From an uncultured delta proteobacterium (GTDB lineage Bacteria > Myxococcota_A > Polyangia > Polyangiales > Polyangiaceae): 64,000 bases of DNA. A program made the position numbers and the translations under genes. The notes below the pieces were generated by a model that saw nothing but the letters and a program-made list of their open reading frames with translations, did no database searches and was not told where the DNA came from. Positions 52,032 to 62,413 of this stretch are shown here, piece after piece. Every line of letters begins with the position of its first letter. Position 1 is the first letter of the stretch. The DNA lies in assembly GCA_963806225.1 (NCBI GenBank), contig CAWDXG010000001.1, positions 1,984,001-2,048,000 on the forward strand, given 5' to 3'.

Positions 52032-53898
52032 CTAAGCGTCGTCCAATAGCCCGCGCGCCGTAATCGCCCGGACAACGGCCTTCGCCGCGTCTTCCACGCT
52101 CATGTCGTCGAGCGCGACGGACACATCCGGCTCGCGCGGCGCTTCGTAGCTGGGCGGGGCGTGCGCGGTGTCGTAGTTGCCGCGGGTGTCGCGCTCGCGG
52201 CACAGGTCGAGCGAGGTCGCGACGTGGACCTCGATGAAGCGATCCGCTCCCACAGTGTCGCGCACCACGCTGCGGTCGGCGCGGAGCGGAGAGGCGAACG
52301 AGAAGATCGTGAGCACGCCGGAGTCGGTCATGCGCCGCGCCATCTCGGGCGTGAAGCGCGGGCTCGAGCCGTCGGGACGCGCGCGGCTGGACAGCCCGTC
52401 GTCGGGATCGACCACGATGGCGAGCCGCCCGCGATCGAACAGCCTCCGCTCGACGGCGTAGGCGATCTCGCTCTTGCCCGAGGCCGGCAGCCCCGTCAGC
52501 CAGATGGTCGCGCCGGACTGCGACACCAGCTCGCGACGCTCCGTCGGGCTCACCTGCGAGTGCGGCGTGTTGCCGATGCTCGAATCGATGGCCTCTTCCT
52601 CGTCGCCCAGCGTGTCGCTCTCCGGCAGGATCATGCCGGCCGCGACCGTGTTGTTCGTCAGCGAGTCGATCAGGATGAACGCGCCGGTGCTGTGGTTTTC
52701 GCTGTACGCATCGCAGTAGATCGGCGTCGGGCAGAACAGCGTCACGCGCCCGATGTCGTTCAGCTCCAGGCGCTGCGCGGGCATGTTCTCGAGCGTCTCC
52801 AGATTGGTCGTGAACGCGACGCGCGCGATCTCGGCGCGCACCATCTGCGTCGAGTGCTTGAGGAAATAGCTCTTCTGCGGATCGAGCGGCTTTTCGCCCA
52901 TCCACACCAGCATCGCGTCGAAGTGGCGCGCGGCGCGCGGCTCGCCCCCAGGGTGCACCAGCATGTCGCCGCGGCTGATGTCGATCTCGTCGGCGAGCCG
53001 CAACGTCACGCTCTGCGGCGGGAAGGCTTCTTCCAGCTCGCCGTCGAACGTGTCGATGGCGCGCACGGTGGACTCGCGCCGTGAAGGCAAAACCAGAACC
53101 CGGTCACCCTTCTTCACCACGCCCGAAGCCACCTGTCCCGCGAAGCCGCGGTAGTTCAAGTCCGGCCGGAGCACGTACTGCACCGGGTAGCGGAAGTCCT
53201 CGAAGTTCCGATCGCTCGCGATGGGCACAGTCTCCAGGTACTCGAGGAACGTGCCGCCCGTGTACCAGGGCGTGCTGTCGCTCGGGTGGACGATGTTGTC
53301 GCCCTTGAGCGCGCTGATCGGGATGAACGTCACATCCTTGAAGCCGAGCTTCTCCGCGAAGGCCGAGAAGTCCGCTCTTGATGCCTTCGTAGACCTCCTG
53401 GCTGTAGCCCTCGAGGTCCATCTTGTTCACGCACACCGCCAAGTGCGGGAATGCCGAGCAGCGACGCGATGTAGGCGTGGCGCCGCGACTGCTGCAGCAC
53501 GCCCAGCCGCGCGTCGATCAGGATGACCGCGACGTTCGCGGTCGACGCACCCGTCGCCATGTTGCGCGTGTACTGCACGTGCCCGGGCGTGTCGGCGATG
53601 ATGAACTTGCGCTTCTCGGTCGAGAAATAGCGATAGGCGACGTCGATGGTGATGCCCTGCTCGCGCTCGGCTTTCAGCCCATCGGTGAACAGCGAAAAAT
53701 CGATCTCCAGGCCCGCGCGCCCCGACGCACGCTTCACCGCCGAGAGCTGGTCCTCGTAGATGCCGTGCGTATCGTGCAAGCAGCCGCCCGATCAGCGTGC
53801 TCTTGCCGTCGTCGACCGAGCCCACGGCCACGAAACGCAGCAGCTCCTTCGTCTCGTGCTTGTCGAGGTAGTCGTGGATGTCCTTGATCGCGTTCCAT
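52032..53898 (-). CDS. cysNC: Sulfate adenylyltransferase large subunit fused to an APS-kinase-like domain (frameshifted)
   Basis: [44 protein letters not shown]-terminal [11 protein letters not shown]. Confidence 0.9.
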
Positions 53899-53899
53899 C

Positions 53900-54850
53900 C
53901 TAGAAGTACCCCTCGCGCTTCTTCATCTCCATCGAGCCTTCCTCGTCGAAGTCGATGAGGCGCCCGCTGCGCTCCGAGTGCCGGGTCAGGAGCATCTCGC
54001 GGATGATCTCCGGCAGCGTGGTCGCCGGCGAGCTTGCAGCGCGCCCGTCAGCGGGTAGCAGCCCAGCGTGCGGAAGCGCACCGTCTCCATGCGCGGCTCT
54101 TCTCCGGGCTCGAGCCGCATGCGCTCGTCGTCGACCATGACCAGCGTGCCTTCGCGCTCCACCACCGGGCGCTTGTCCGCGTAGTACAGCGGCACGATGG
54201 GAATGTTCTCCAGGTAGATGTAGAGCCAGATGTCGAGCTCGGTCCAGTTCGACAGCGGGAAAGCGCGGATGCTCTCGCCCTTGGTGATCTTCCCGTTGTA
54301 CAGGTTCCACAGCTCGGGCCGCTGGTTCTTCGGGTCCCACTGGCCGTAGCGGTCGCGGAAGGAGTAGATGCGCTCCTTGGCGCGCGACTTTTCCTCGTCG
54401 CGCCGCGCTCCGCCGAAGGCCGCGTCGTAGCCGCCCTTCTGCAGCGCCTGCAGCAGCGCGTGCGTCTTCATGATGGTCGTGTACTTCTGGCTGCCGTAGT
54501 CGAACGGATTGACGTTGTCGGCGACGCCCTGCTGGTTCGTGTACACGACCAGGTCGCAGCCCGTGCTCCGCGCAGAAGCGGTCGCGGAACTCGATCATCG
54601 CGCGGAACTTCCACGTGGTGTCGATGTGCAGCAGCGGGAACGGCAGCTTGCCCGGATGGAAGGCCTTGCGGGCCAGGTGCACCATCACGGACGAGTCCTT
54701 CCCGATGCTGTACAGCATCACCGGGTTGTCGAACTCGGCGGCGACCTCGCGCAGGATGTGGATGCTCTCGGCCTCGAGCTGCCGCAGATGCGTCAGACGG
54801 CGGTCGACGAGCGCGTCGGTAGCGGACTTGTCGTCGGTTGTTGCAGTCAA
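53900..54850 (-). CDS. cysD: Sulfate adenylyltransferase small subunit (frameshifted)
   Basis: [49 protein letters not shown]. Confidence 0.95.
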   Translation of the reverse strand: MTATTDDKSATDALVDRRLTHLRQLEAESIHILREVAAEFDNPVMLYSIGKDSSVMVHLARKAFHPGKLPFPLLHIDTTWKFRAMIEFRDRFCAEHGLRPGRVHEPAGRRRQRQSVRLRQPEVHDHHEDARAAAGAAEGRLRRGLRRSAARRGKVARQGAHLLLPRPLRPVGPEEPAARAVEPVQREDHQGREHPRFPAVELDRARHLALHLPGEHSHRAAVLRGQAPGGGARRHAGHGRRRAHAARARRRAAHGDGALPHAGLLPADGRAASSPATTLPEIIREMLLTRHSERSGRLIDFDEEGSMEMKKREGYF

Positions 54851-54944
54851 AGCGACCCCGGGGGCGATCTAGCAGATCCCTGTGCTTAGGGGCACCTGGC
54901 CCCCGGGACGTTCATCCAGGACCGGCCCGTTGGCCGCCGACGCG

Positions 54945-55379
54945 CTAGCTGGCCTTCGCAAAGGGATTCTCGACGCGGACGGTGCCGTACATGCGGTCGT
55001 GCTGGAAGTCCTCGGAGTACAGCACGGAGAGCCCGAAGTGTTCCGCGTACGCCCAGAGATGCGCGTCGAACCACGACAACTCGTAGGCGGCCATGCCGCG
55101 CAGCGCAGTGCGGACGAGCGTCTCGTCCGGGTACAGGATCGTGAACTGCCGCAGCATCTCTTCCGCCTCGCGCCGCGCGTCGTTCGGCTCGAGGAGCGAC
55201 GCGCCGCCGTCGATCGGTCGCGTCGTGGCGGCGACGAATTCGACGATGGCTTGATGCGGTACGCGGACGGAGTTCTCGACAATGCCGCGGCGCAACAGCT
55301 CCGTCGCGCGCCCCTGCTTTTCCGGAAAGCGCGCGTCGAAGCGGTAGACGATCACATTGGTGTCAACGAGAGCGGCCAC
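54945..55379 (-). CDS. vapC: PIN-domain toxin (VapC family)
   Basis: LVDTNVIVY, EF, SWFDA, LYSEDF, NPF. Confidence 0.9.
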   Translation of the reverse strand: MAALVDTNVIVYRFDARFPEKQGRATELLRRGIVENSVRVPHQAIVEFVAATTRPIDGGASLLEPNDARREAEEMLRQFTILYPDETLVRTALRGMAAYELSWFDAHLWAYAEHFGLSVLYSEDFQHDRMYGTVRVENPFAKAS

Positions 55380-55644
55380 GATCGTACAGATCCTCGCGCG
55401 TCCAACCGCGGTAGCCGTCCGCCCGGCGCGGGGCTTGCGCATCGCGTTCGGACTGGCGGCGCGTCGCCTGGTCGAAGAGCTTCAGCCGCTCGGCAACATC
55501 CGGTTTGACCTGCGCGCTCGCGGGCACGATGCGGACGCTCTCTCCGGACGCGACCCACAGGATCTCGTCGCCCGGCTTGATCCGGTACTCATCGGCGATG
55601 GCCTTGGGCACCGTGACCTGGAGCTTGCTGGTCACCTTCGACAC
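55363..55644 (-). CDS. vapB: AbrB/MazE-type antitoxin
   Basis: SKVTSKLQVTVPKAIADEYRIKPGD...WTREDLY. Confidence 0.88.
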   Translation of the reverse strand: MSKVTSKLQVTVPKAIADEYRIKPGDEILWVASGESVRIVPASAQVKPDVAERLKLFDQATRRQSERDAQAPRRADGYRGWTREDLYDRGRSR

Positions 55645-55645
55645 G

Positions 55646-55674
55646 TCCTTACTCTAGCAAGGATAGAATCCTTG
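55646..55674. promoter_or_regulatory. Overlapping inverted repeats, putative TA operator
   Basis: CAAGGAT-AGA-ATCCTTG and TCCTTAC-TCTA-GCAAGGA directly upstream of the antitoxin. Confidence 0.6.
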
Positions 55675-55716
55675 GCAAGTCGGCGCACCGTCGGACGGCA
55701 CGCACCCAGTGGCGCC

Positions 55717-57153
55717 CTAGCAGCCCGCGGATGTCCCGCGCAGTAGCTCCGCGATTTCCGGCCTGAGCTCGGGCGGCGATTCGCCGCGATCGAGCGCGGC
55801 GCGCACCTCCGCGTAGGAGCGCGTGGTGCCCGTCTCCGGCGCGGTGTGCGCGCTGGCGAGCACGCCGACGCGCTGCGACAGGAACATGGGCCTGAGCGGG
55901 ATGGCTTCGAGCCCGAGCTCGTCGAGCGCGCCGTCGAGCTCGTCGGGCGTGAGCAGGTGGCTCGCGCCGTGGTTCCTCGCCACGATGGCGTCGAGCAGCG
56001 GCGAGTCGTGGGGGGAGCGGAGCGGGGCGACGAGCGTGCGCTCCCGCGCGAAGTAGCGATCGCACAGTACGCTGCAGCACTCCGCGACCAGCTCGCCGCG
56101 CGGCTGGACGAGCAGACCGTCGGCAAACTCCAGCGCGGCGCGTGCGGCGTGCTCGTCGGAGAGCAGGGGAGGGGTGCGCGGCTGCCACGCCACCACGCGG
56201 CGCCAGCCGCGCGCGCGCATCTCGTCGCGCACGGCGCGCACGTTGGTTGCGTCCGGGACACGCACGTCACCGCCCACGTGCGTCACGCCGTCCACCTCGT
56301 AAGACGTCGTGCACGTCGAGGGTGCCGAGTGCGGTGCCGTCGGCGGAGCGCAGCGCGGCTCTGCCACGGGGCGGCGGCGTTTCCACCGCGAGCGTGATGG
56401 GTACTGGCCAGAGCAAGCCGTTTTCCAGCCGCCCCGCGCGCGCGACGCGCAGGTAGTCCTTCTCGTTCATGAACCCCGCGAGCGGCGAGTACGCGCCGCT
56501 CGCCAGGCACGCGAGCTCGAGCGCTGCCTGTGGGCCGAGCTCGATCGAGGGCAGCGCACTGTCCACCGCTTCGACCTTGCTTCCATCAGGTCGCCGCCGT
56601 GCGGCCGCGCCAGCTCGCCCGCGTGCGCGCCGATGAAGCCCAGCTCCTCCAGTCGCGCGAGGATCTTCGTGACGCTCTCTTCCGGTGTTTCGCGGTCGCT
56701 CCGGACGTGCACCTCGGGCGAGAGCGGCGCTTCGTAGGGATCGCTCACGCCGGTGAAGTTCTTGATCTCGCCGGCCAGCGCCTTCTTGTAGAGACCCTTC
56801 GGGTCGCGCTCGGCGAGCACTTCCAGTGGACACTCCACGTACACCTCGCAGAAGCGCTCCGCAGAGCGACGCACCTCGTCGCGCACCGCGCGGTACGGGC
56901 TGATGGCGGCTGTGATGGCGCAGCCGCCGCTGCGCGCGACGAGCTTTGCCACGTAGCCGATGCGGCGGATGTTCGTGTCGCGATCCTCGCGCGAGAAGCC
57001 GAGCCCCTTCGACAGATTCTTCCGGACCTCGTCGCCGTCCAGCCGCTCGACGTGCACGCCCCGCCGCGACAGCTCCGTCGCCACCTGCGCCGCCAGCGTG
57101 CTCTTGCCCGAGCCCGAAAGCCCGGTGAACCACAACACGAATCCCTGACTCAC
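55717..57153 (-). CDS. cysC: APS kinase fused to a degenerate Sat-type ATP sulfurylase domain (frameshifted)
   Basis: [31 protein letters not shown], then [44 protein letters not shown]. Confidence 0.85.
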
Positions 57154-57204
57154 GTCGCTCTCCTCGGTTGCCTGCGGCGCGCGCTGCGATCACCGCTGCG
57201 TCGT

Positions 57205-57350
57205 ACTCCGAGCTGCAACTCGGGGACCGGAATGCCCGTCCAGCACGACGTGGCGGGCATTTTGCCGTCCAAGCTGCAACTTGGCGCCCAAAATGCCCGG
57301 ATATCGGTCATTTTGCCGTCCAAGCCGCAGCTTGGGCCCGGAAATGCCCG
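57205..57350. repeat. Cluster of 46-bp palindromic elements (two full, one partial)
   Basis: Full copies at 57254-57299 and 57305-57350; the partial copy has the compensatory pair CGAG/CTCG. Confidence 0.85.
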
Positions 57351-57404
57351 CCCGCGCCGCCCGCGCCGCCCGCGCCGCCCGCGCCGCCCGCGCCGCCCGC
57401 GCCG
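57351..57404. repeat. 9-bp tandem repeat, 6 copies
   Basis: (CCCGCGCCG)6. Confidence 0.85.
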
Positions 57405-57407
57405 CGA

Positions 57408-57834
57408 TCACAGCGCAACAACCTCGTATCCGTCGCCCACCTCGCCCGCACTGTGCGCGTCGATCACCACCGTGTCCACGCCGCGCTCGGCGGCCAGCCG
57501 CCGCACCGTTTCGCGGAGCGAACCCTTTTCCGCCAACGACTTCCACCGCGACGCCGCCCGCCTCCGCCTCGTCCCGCATCGACGCGAGCGAGCGGCGGAT
57601 GGTGTCGGTGCGCTGCTCCTTCACCGACTGCTTGAGCGCCTCCACCGCAGCGGGCGGCAGGAACGCCTGCGAGGTGAGCGACTCGGCGAGCCGATCGGCC
57701 CGGTGCTGGTGGCGCACGTCGGCGAGCACGAGCCGCGCGCCGTCGCGCCGCGCCACCGAAAGCGCCCGCTCGAACAGCGCGCGGTCGAGCTCCGTGCCCG
57801 AGAAGACCGCCATCACGACGCGTCGCTGCTCCAT
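57408..57834 (-). CDS. Universal stress protein-like (frameshifted)
   Basis: ALSVARRDGARLVLADV...restored ETVRRLAAERGVDTVVI. Confidence 0.7.
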
Positions 57835-59235
57835 CTATCCGAACCATGGCAAATGCGGCCACAGCAGCCAAGCCGCAGCCACGAAACGCGACGAAAGAAG
57901 CCAGCGTCATGATCACGCCGGGCAGCGCCACCTGCCGCACCTCGTAGTACCCCGACGAGAACGCAATCGCGCTCGGCGGCGCGCCGACGGGCAGCGTGTA
58001 GGCGAGCCCCGCCGGCACCGCGACCGCCACCGTCACCAGCACGGGGTCGAGCCCGTAGCGCGGCGTCACGCTCAGCGCGAGCGGCAGCAGCACCGCTACT
58101 GCCGCGGCGTTGCTGATGAACTCCGTCAAGACCAGCGTCAGCGCGCCCAGCGCCGCCAGCACCAGCCAGGGCGAAGCCGGCAGTCCGCCGAGCACCTGCG
58201 CCGCGAGCCACTTCGTCGCGCCCGTGCGCGTCAGCGCGCTGCCCATCGCGATGGCGCCGCCGTACAGCAGGAACACGCCCCAGTTCACCGCCCGCTCGAT
58301 CTCGCTCCAGCTGACCACGCCCAGCGCGAACAGCGCCGCCGCGCACAGGAGCGACAGCGTCGCCAGCCCCACCGAATGACCCAGCGCCACCCAAGCGATG
58401 ATCGACAGCGCCGTCACCGCCGCCGTCTTGATCTCGTTGCGGCTCCACGGCCCCGCTTCGCTGGATCTCGCGCTCGAGCTGCACGCGCGCCGGCGTCACG
58501 TCGTCGACCTCCGGCTTGTAGAACAGGTTCAGCACGACGACGGCGACGCCCACCAGCACCAGCGCCACCGGCAGCGCCGCCGCGCTGTAGCCCACGAAAT
58601 CGAGATCGCGCCCCGTCGTTTCCTTCAGGATGCCGATGGCCAGCGCCGCCCGCGCGCCGCCCAGCAGCGTCGCGATGCCCCCCGCGATGCAGCCCCACGC
58701 CATCGACAGATAGAGCAGGGGAGCCAGGCGGCTCTTGCGCGGCTCGAGCCCCAGCGCGCGCGAGATCGTCGACACCGTCGGGAACACGATCGCCGCCACC
58801 GCGTGCTCGGGCATCACGCACGAGAGCAGCGCGCACGTGAGCAATATCCCGGTCGCCAGCCGCCGCGCCGATCCCCCGAAGCGAAGCAGCAGGAACAGCG
58901 ACACCCGGCGGCTCAGCCCCGTCGTCATCAGCGCCGCGGCCAGCACCAGCGCGCCCAGGATGAAGAACACCGCCGGATTGCCGAACAGCGGAAACGCCTC
59001 GGCCGGCGACATCGCCCCGAACAGCGGCAGCGCCGCCAGGATGAGCAGCCCCGTCACCGCCAGCGGGATCGCCCCCGAAACCCACAGCACGATCGCCATC
59101 GCGAACACGCCCGAGCGAGATCGCCCCGGGGCGCGTGAGGCCGTCGGGCAGCGGCGCGATGGCGCCCAGCGCCGGCCCCGAGAGCGCGGCGACAAGCCAC
59201 CCGTACCGACGACGCTGCCAGGCGTAGCGGATCAT
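57835..59235 (-). CDS. DASS/SLC13 sodium:sulfate or dicarboxylate symporter (frameshifted)
   Basis: LWVSGAIPLAVT, GLSRR, VNWGVFLLYGG, LTEFISNAA, LPVGAPPSAI. Confidence 0.88.
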
Positions 59236-59260
59236 GAGCCGCCGGGGATACTAGCCGTTC

Positions 59261-59830
59261 TCAGTCGGGCGGGGCAGCGGCGTCGTAGATGCTGTCGACG
59301 GCCAGCGTGCAGGCCGGAGCCGCCAACGTGACGTGTTCGCCGGCGTGCGCGGCGACCCGCTTCCACCCGTCGTGGTCGCGTTCGTGGAGCTCGATGCGCC
59401 GTTCGCGGTGGTCGACGATCACGATGGCTGCGAGGCCGGGGACGAGCTTGTAGCTCGCGAGCTTCTCTCCCCGGTCGTATTCCTCCGTGCCGTCGCTGGT
59501 GACCTCGACCACGACTTTCGGGTTGGTGACGGTTGTCCGGCTTTCGGGATCATACGCATAGGGCCCGCAGACGACCGTCACGTCGGGATAGGTCGCCAGC
59601 CCGTTTGCCAGGACGCGCACGCGCAGGTCCGAGCTGTGCACGCGGGACGGCCCGCCGCGCAGCTCGCCAAGCATTTCGGCGGCGACCGCCACGGCGAGCG
59701 CGGCATGCTTCGGCGTGCCACCCGCCATGGCGTAGATCTCGCCGTTGAGGAACTCGTGGCGTACCGTGCTGCCTTCCTCCAGCTCGAGGTATTCGGCGTA
59801 GCTGTAGTGGTGGAGCGCCGGCTGCGTCAC
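59261..59830 (-). CDS. Uma2-family endonuclease
   Basis: EYLELEE...HEFLNGEIYAMAGG..H, YPDVTV, NPKVVVEVTS..TEEYDRGEK. Confidence 0.92.
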   Translation of the reverse strand: MTQPALHHYSYAEYLELEEGSTVRHEFLNGEIYAMAGGTPKHAALAVAVAAEMLGELRGGPSRVHSSDLRVRVLANGLATYPDVTVVCGPYAYDPESRTTVTNPKVVVEVTSDGTEEYDRGEKLASYKLVPGLAAIVIVDHRERRIELHERDHDGWKRVAAHAGEHVTLAAPACTLAVDSIYDAAAPPD

Positions 59831-60255
59831 GGGAGGAAACCTAGCACGCGGGCAGAGCGGGGTAGCGGCACGCGGCGGTGCGGAGCCGGCGCGACGTTTG
59901 GTTGCGATGGCGGACATCTGGCTCGCGGGCGGTTGGCGGACATCTGGCGCCGCTTGCCCCCACGGACGGGAGCGGCCACTGGCCCCGGCGAGCCGCGCAT
60001 CGCCACGCTTCGCCCCATAGCTGACTGCCCGCCCCCATTTTCGAGTAGTCTGTATTATGACTGAACTAATGTCAAGTACCGATCGCTCCCGCGGGCCGTC
60101 CACGTCAAGCTCGGAGCCGGGCCCCGGAGCTGGAGCGGGAGCGCGAGAGAAGAGCGGGAGCCGGGCCGGGAGCCGGAGCGGTCTCTTCGGCGGGATTCAG
60201 GTAGATCCAAATCTGGCCGAATTCGGCGAAATTCGTGATAGAACGAATTCTGCCG

Positions 60256-61479
60256 ATGCGCCGCCGTTATCTGGAACCTCTCATCGAGGAGCTCGCCTTT
60301 GCGGACCACAAGATCGCGCTGCTCGGTGGTCCGCGCCAGTGCGGCAAGACCACGCTCGCCAAGCGGCTGCTGGCGGCGCGGGGGTCCGGCGCGTACCACA
60401 ACTGGGACCAGGTCGAGCTCAGGCGGACGTGGGCGAAGCATCCGCAGTCGCTCGTTCCCGCAGCGCGCGGCAAGACGGTGCCGCTGCTGGTGCTCGACGA
60501 AATCCACAAGGCCAGGCTCTGGAAGCGCACCTTGAAAGGGATGTACGACACGCTGGAGCGACCGGTGGATATCCTCGTCACCGGCAGCGCGCGTCTGGCG
60601 GTGTACCGGCGCGGCAGCGACAGCTTGCTCGGCCGCTACCGGACCTTCCGCCTGCACCCGTTCTCGGTGGCCGAGCTGACGCGGAAGAAGCCGCTTCCGC
60701 CCGACGAAGCGCTCGCGTCGCTGCTCGGTGCCCGCGCCCGGCCGAGCACTGCGGCCCAGGAGGCGTTCGAGCTGCTGACCGCCTTCGGCCCGTTTCCCGA
60801 GCCAGTCCTGGCTGCGGATACGCGCCGGGCGCGGCTCTGGCGTCGCGAACGCGTCGACGCGGTCGTGCGTGAGGATCTACGCGACTTGTCGCGCATCACG
60901 GAGCTCGACCGCGTGCAGATGCTGGCAGCCCTCCTGCCCGAGCGCGTGGGCTCGTTGCTCAGCGTCCAGGCGCTGCGCGAGGATCTGGAGGTCGCCCACG
61001 ATACGGTGCGCCGCTGGCTCACCGCGCTCGCGGAGCTCTACTACTGCTTCGAGGTCAAACCCTTCACGCGCGGCGTGCGCCGCTCCGTGCGCAAGGAGGG
61101 CAAACTCTATCTATGGGATCCCGGGGAAGTTCCGGAAGCCGGTCCGCGTTTCGAGAATCTCGTGGCCTGTCATCTGCTCAAGGCGTGCCACTACTGGACC
61201 GATGCGGGCTACGGTGACTTCTCGCTCTGCTACGTCCGCAACCGCGACGGCCGAGAGCTCGACTTCCTGATTGTCCGCGACGGCGCCGCGTGGTTGCCCG
61301 TCGAAGCGAAGCTCGCGGATGTCACGCCGGCGCCGGCATTCCGCACTTTCGCCCACCGGCTCGGTTGCCTCACCGCGCTGCAGCTCGTCGCCACCCCCGG
61401 CGTCCGGATCGAGCACGAGCTCGATGGGACGCGCGTGGTCGTGATGTCCGCCGCGGACGCGCTGTCGCAGCTGGTTTGA
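60256..61479 (+). CDS. AAA+ ATPase with DUF4143 (nuclease-fold) C-terminus
   Basis: GPRQCGKTT, LDEIH, VTGSA, GPFPE, KLYLWDPG, FENLV, ELDF...VEAK. Confidence 0.9.
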   Translation: MRRRYLEPLIEELAFADHKIALLGGPRQCGKTTLAKRLLAARGSGAYHNWDQVELRRTWAKHPQSLVPAARGKTVPLLVLDEIHKARLWKRTLKGMYDTLERPVDILVTGSARLAVYRRGSDSLLGRYRTFRLHPFSVAELTRKKPLPPDEALASLLGARARPSTAAQEAFELLTAFGPFPEPVLAADTRRARLWRRERVDAVVREDLRDLSRITELDRVQMLAALLPERVGSLLSVQALREDLEVAHDTVRRWLTALAELYYCFEVKPFTRGVRRSVRKEGKLYLWDPGEVPEAGPRFENLVACHLLKACHYWTDAGYGDFSLCYVRNRDGRELDFLIVRDGAAWLPVEAKLADVTPAPAFRTFAHRLGCLTALQLVATPGVRIEHELDGTRVVVMSAADALSQLV

Positions 61480-61511
61480 CGCCTGGCGGACATCTGGCTT
61501 GCCCGCGCGCG

Positions 61512-61925
61512 TTACTCGAGCGGAACCAGGCGCGGCGCGGGGTCGATGGCAAGGCGCACGGCGCGGAAGTGGCGCTCGTCCGTGGTCACGATCACGGTGG
61601 CCTGATGGCGTTCAGCTTGTGCCATCACCACGGCGTCCACAAGACCCAGCCGCAAGTCCGCATACTGCGCGAGCAGCTCACCCGCACGTGGCAGATCGCG
61701 TGCGACGTTGCCGTCGACGGCGTACAGGCCTTCGCGAACATCCGCGGCGAACGCCAGCGCCACGTGATCGCCCAGACGGCTCGCAGCGAGATAGTCGACC
61801 TCCGGCAAGATGGCCCACGGCAGGATCCAGTCCGGATCGCTGTCGAACAGCAGCGAGACGACCCGGTGATGGCGATCAGACCGGTCGAGCAGTGCGAGCA
61901 TGCCGCCGGTGTCGGCGACGATCAT
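61512..61925 (-). CDS. vapC: PIN-domain toxin (VapC family)
   Basis: MIVADTG..LALLDRSDRHH, E, LGLVDA, TTDERHF. Confidence 0.92.
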   Translation of the reverse strand: MIVADTGGMLALLDRSDRHHRVVSLLFDSDPDWILPWAILPEVDYLAASRLGDHVALAFAADVREGLYAVDGNVARDLPRAGELLAQYADLRLGLVDAVVMAQAERHQATVIVTTDERHFRAVRLAIDPAPRLVPLE

Positions 61926-62149
61926 CGGTCTTCGCCGAAGCCTTCGAGCAGCTCTTCCGCGCGGTCGCTCAGATCGGCCGTGCCGCTTGCTCCCGCGCCG
62001 ATGCTGGACGGCCGCTTTCGTTTGCTCGAGCCCTGGTACTCGGCCAACGCCTCGCGGATGATCATCGCCTGGGTGCGCCCGGTGGCCTCCGCAAGACGGC
62101 GGATCTTCAGGTAGATCTGCTCGTCCAGGTACACCGTGGTCTTGTGCAT
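61922..62149 (-). CDS. vapB: Ribbon-helix-helix (CopG-like) antitoxin
   Basis: MHKTTVYLDE...GRTQAMIIREAL...DLSDRAEELL. Confidence 0.9.
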   Translation of the reverse strand: MHKTTVYLDEQIYLKIRRLAEATGRTQAMIIREALAEYQGSSKRKRPSSIGAGASGTADLSDRAEELLEGFGEDR

Positions 62150-62413
62150 GCGCGATATATATGGCGCGCCAGCTGTCACGTCAACGGTCGAGGTGCTCTG
62201 TATGGCCAAGAGCCGGTCTATCCCCCAAGGAGCGCCGCACAATTGGCGCCCAGGGCGGCGTGACGGGGTTGACGCGCGGACCACGGAATGACAGCAGAGC
62301 CCGGCCAACTCGTAGCGGGAGCGGGAGCCGGAGCGGAGAGCGCAGCCGCAGCCGGAGCCGGAGCTGGAGCGGGAGCGGGAGCGCGTCGCCGCGCGCGGCG
62401 GCGGTGGAACGGG

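Noticed and set aside
49900..57350. Integron attC sites
   Set aside because: No RYYYAAC/GTTRRRY ends, and the only tyrosine recombinase is XerD-like without the IntI insertion.
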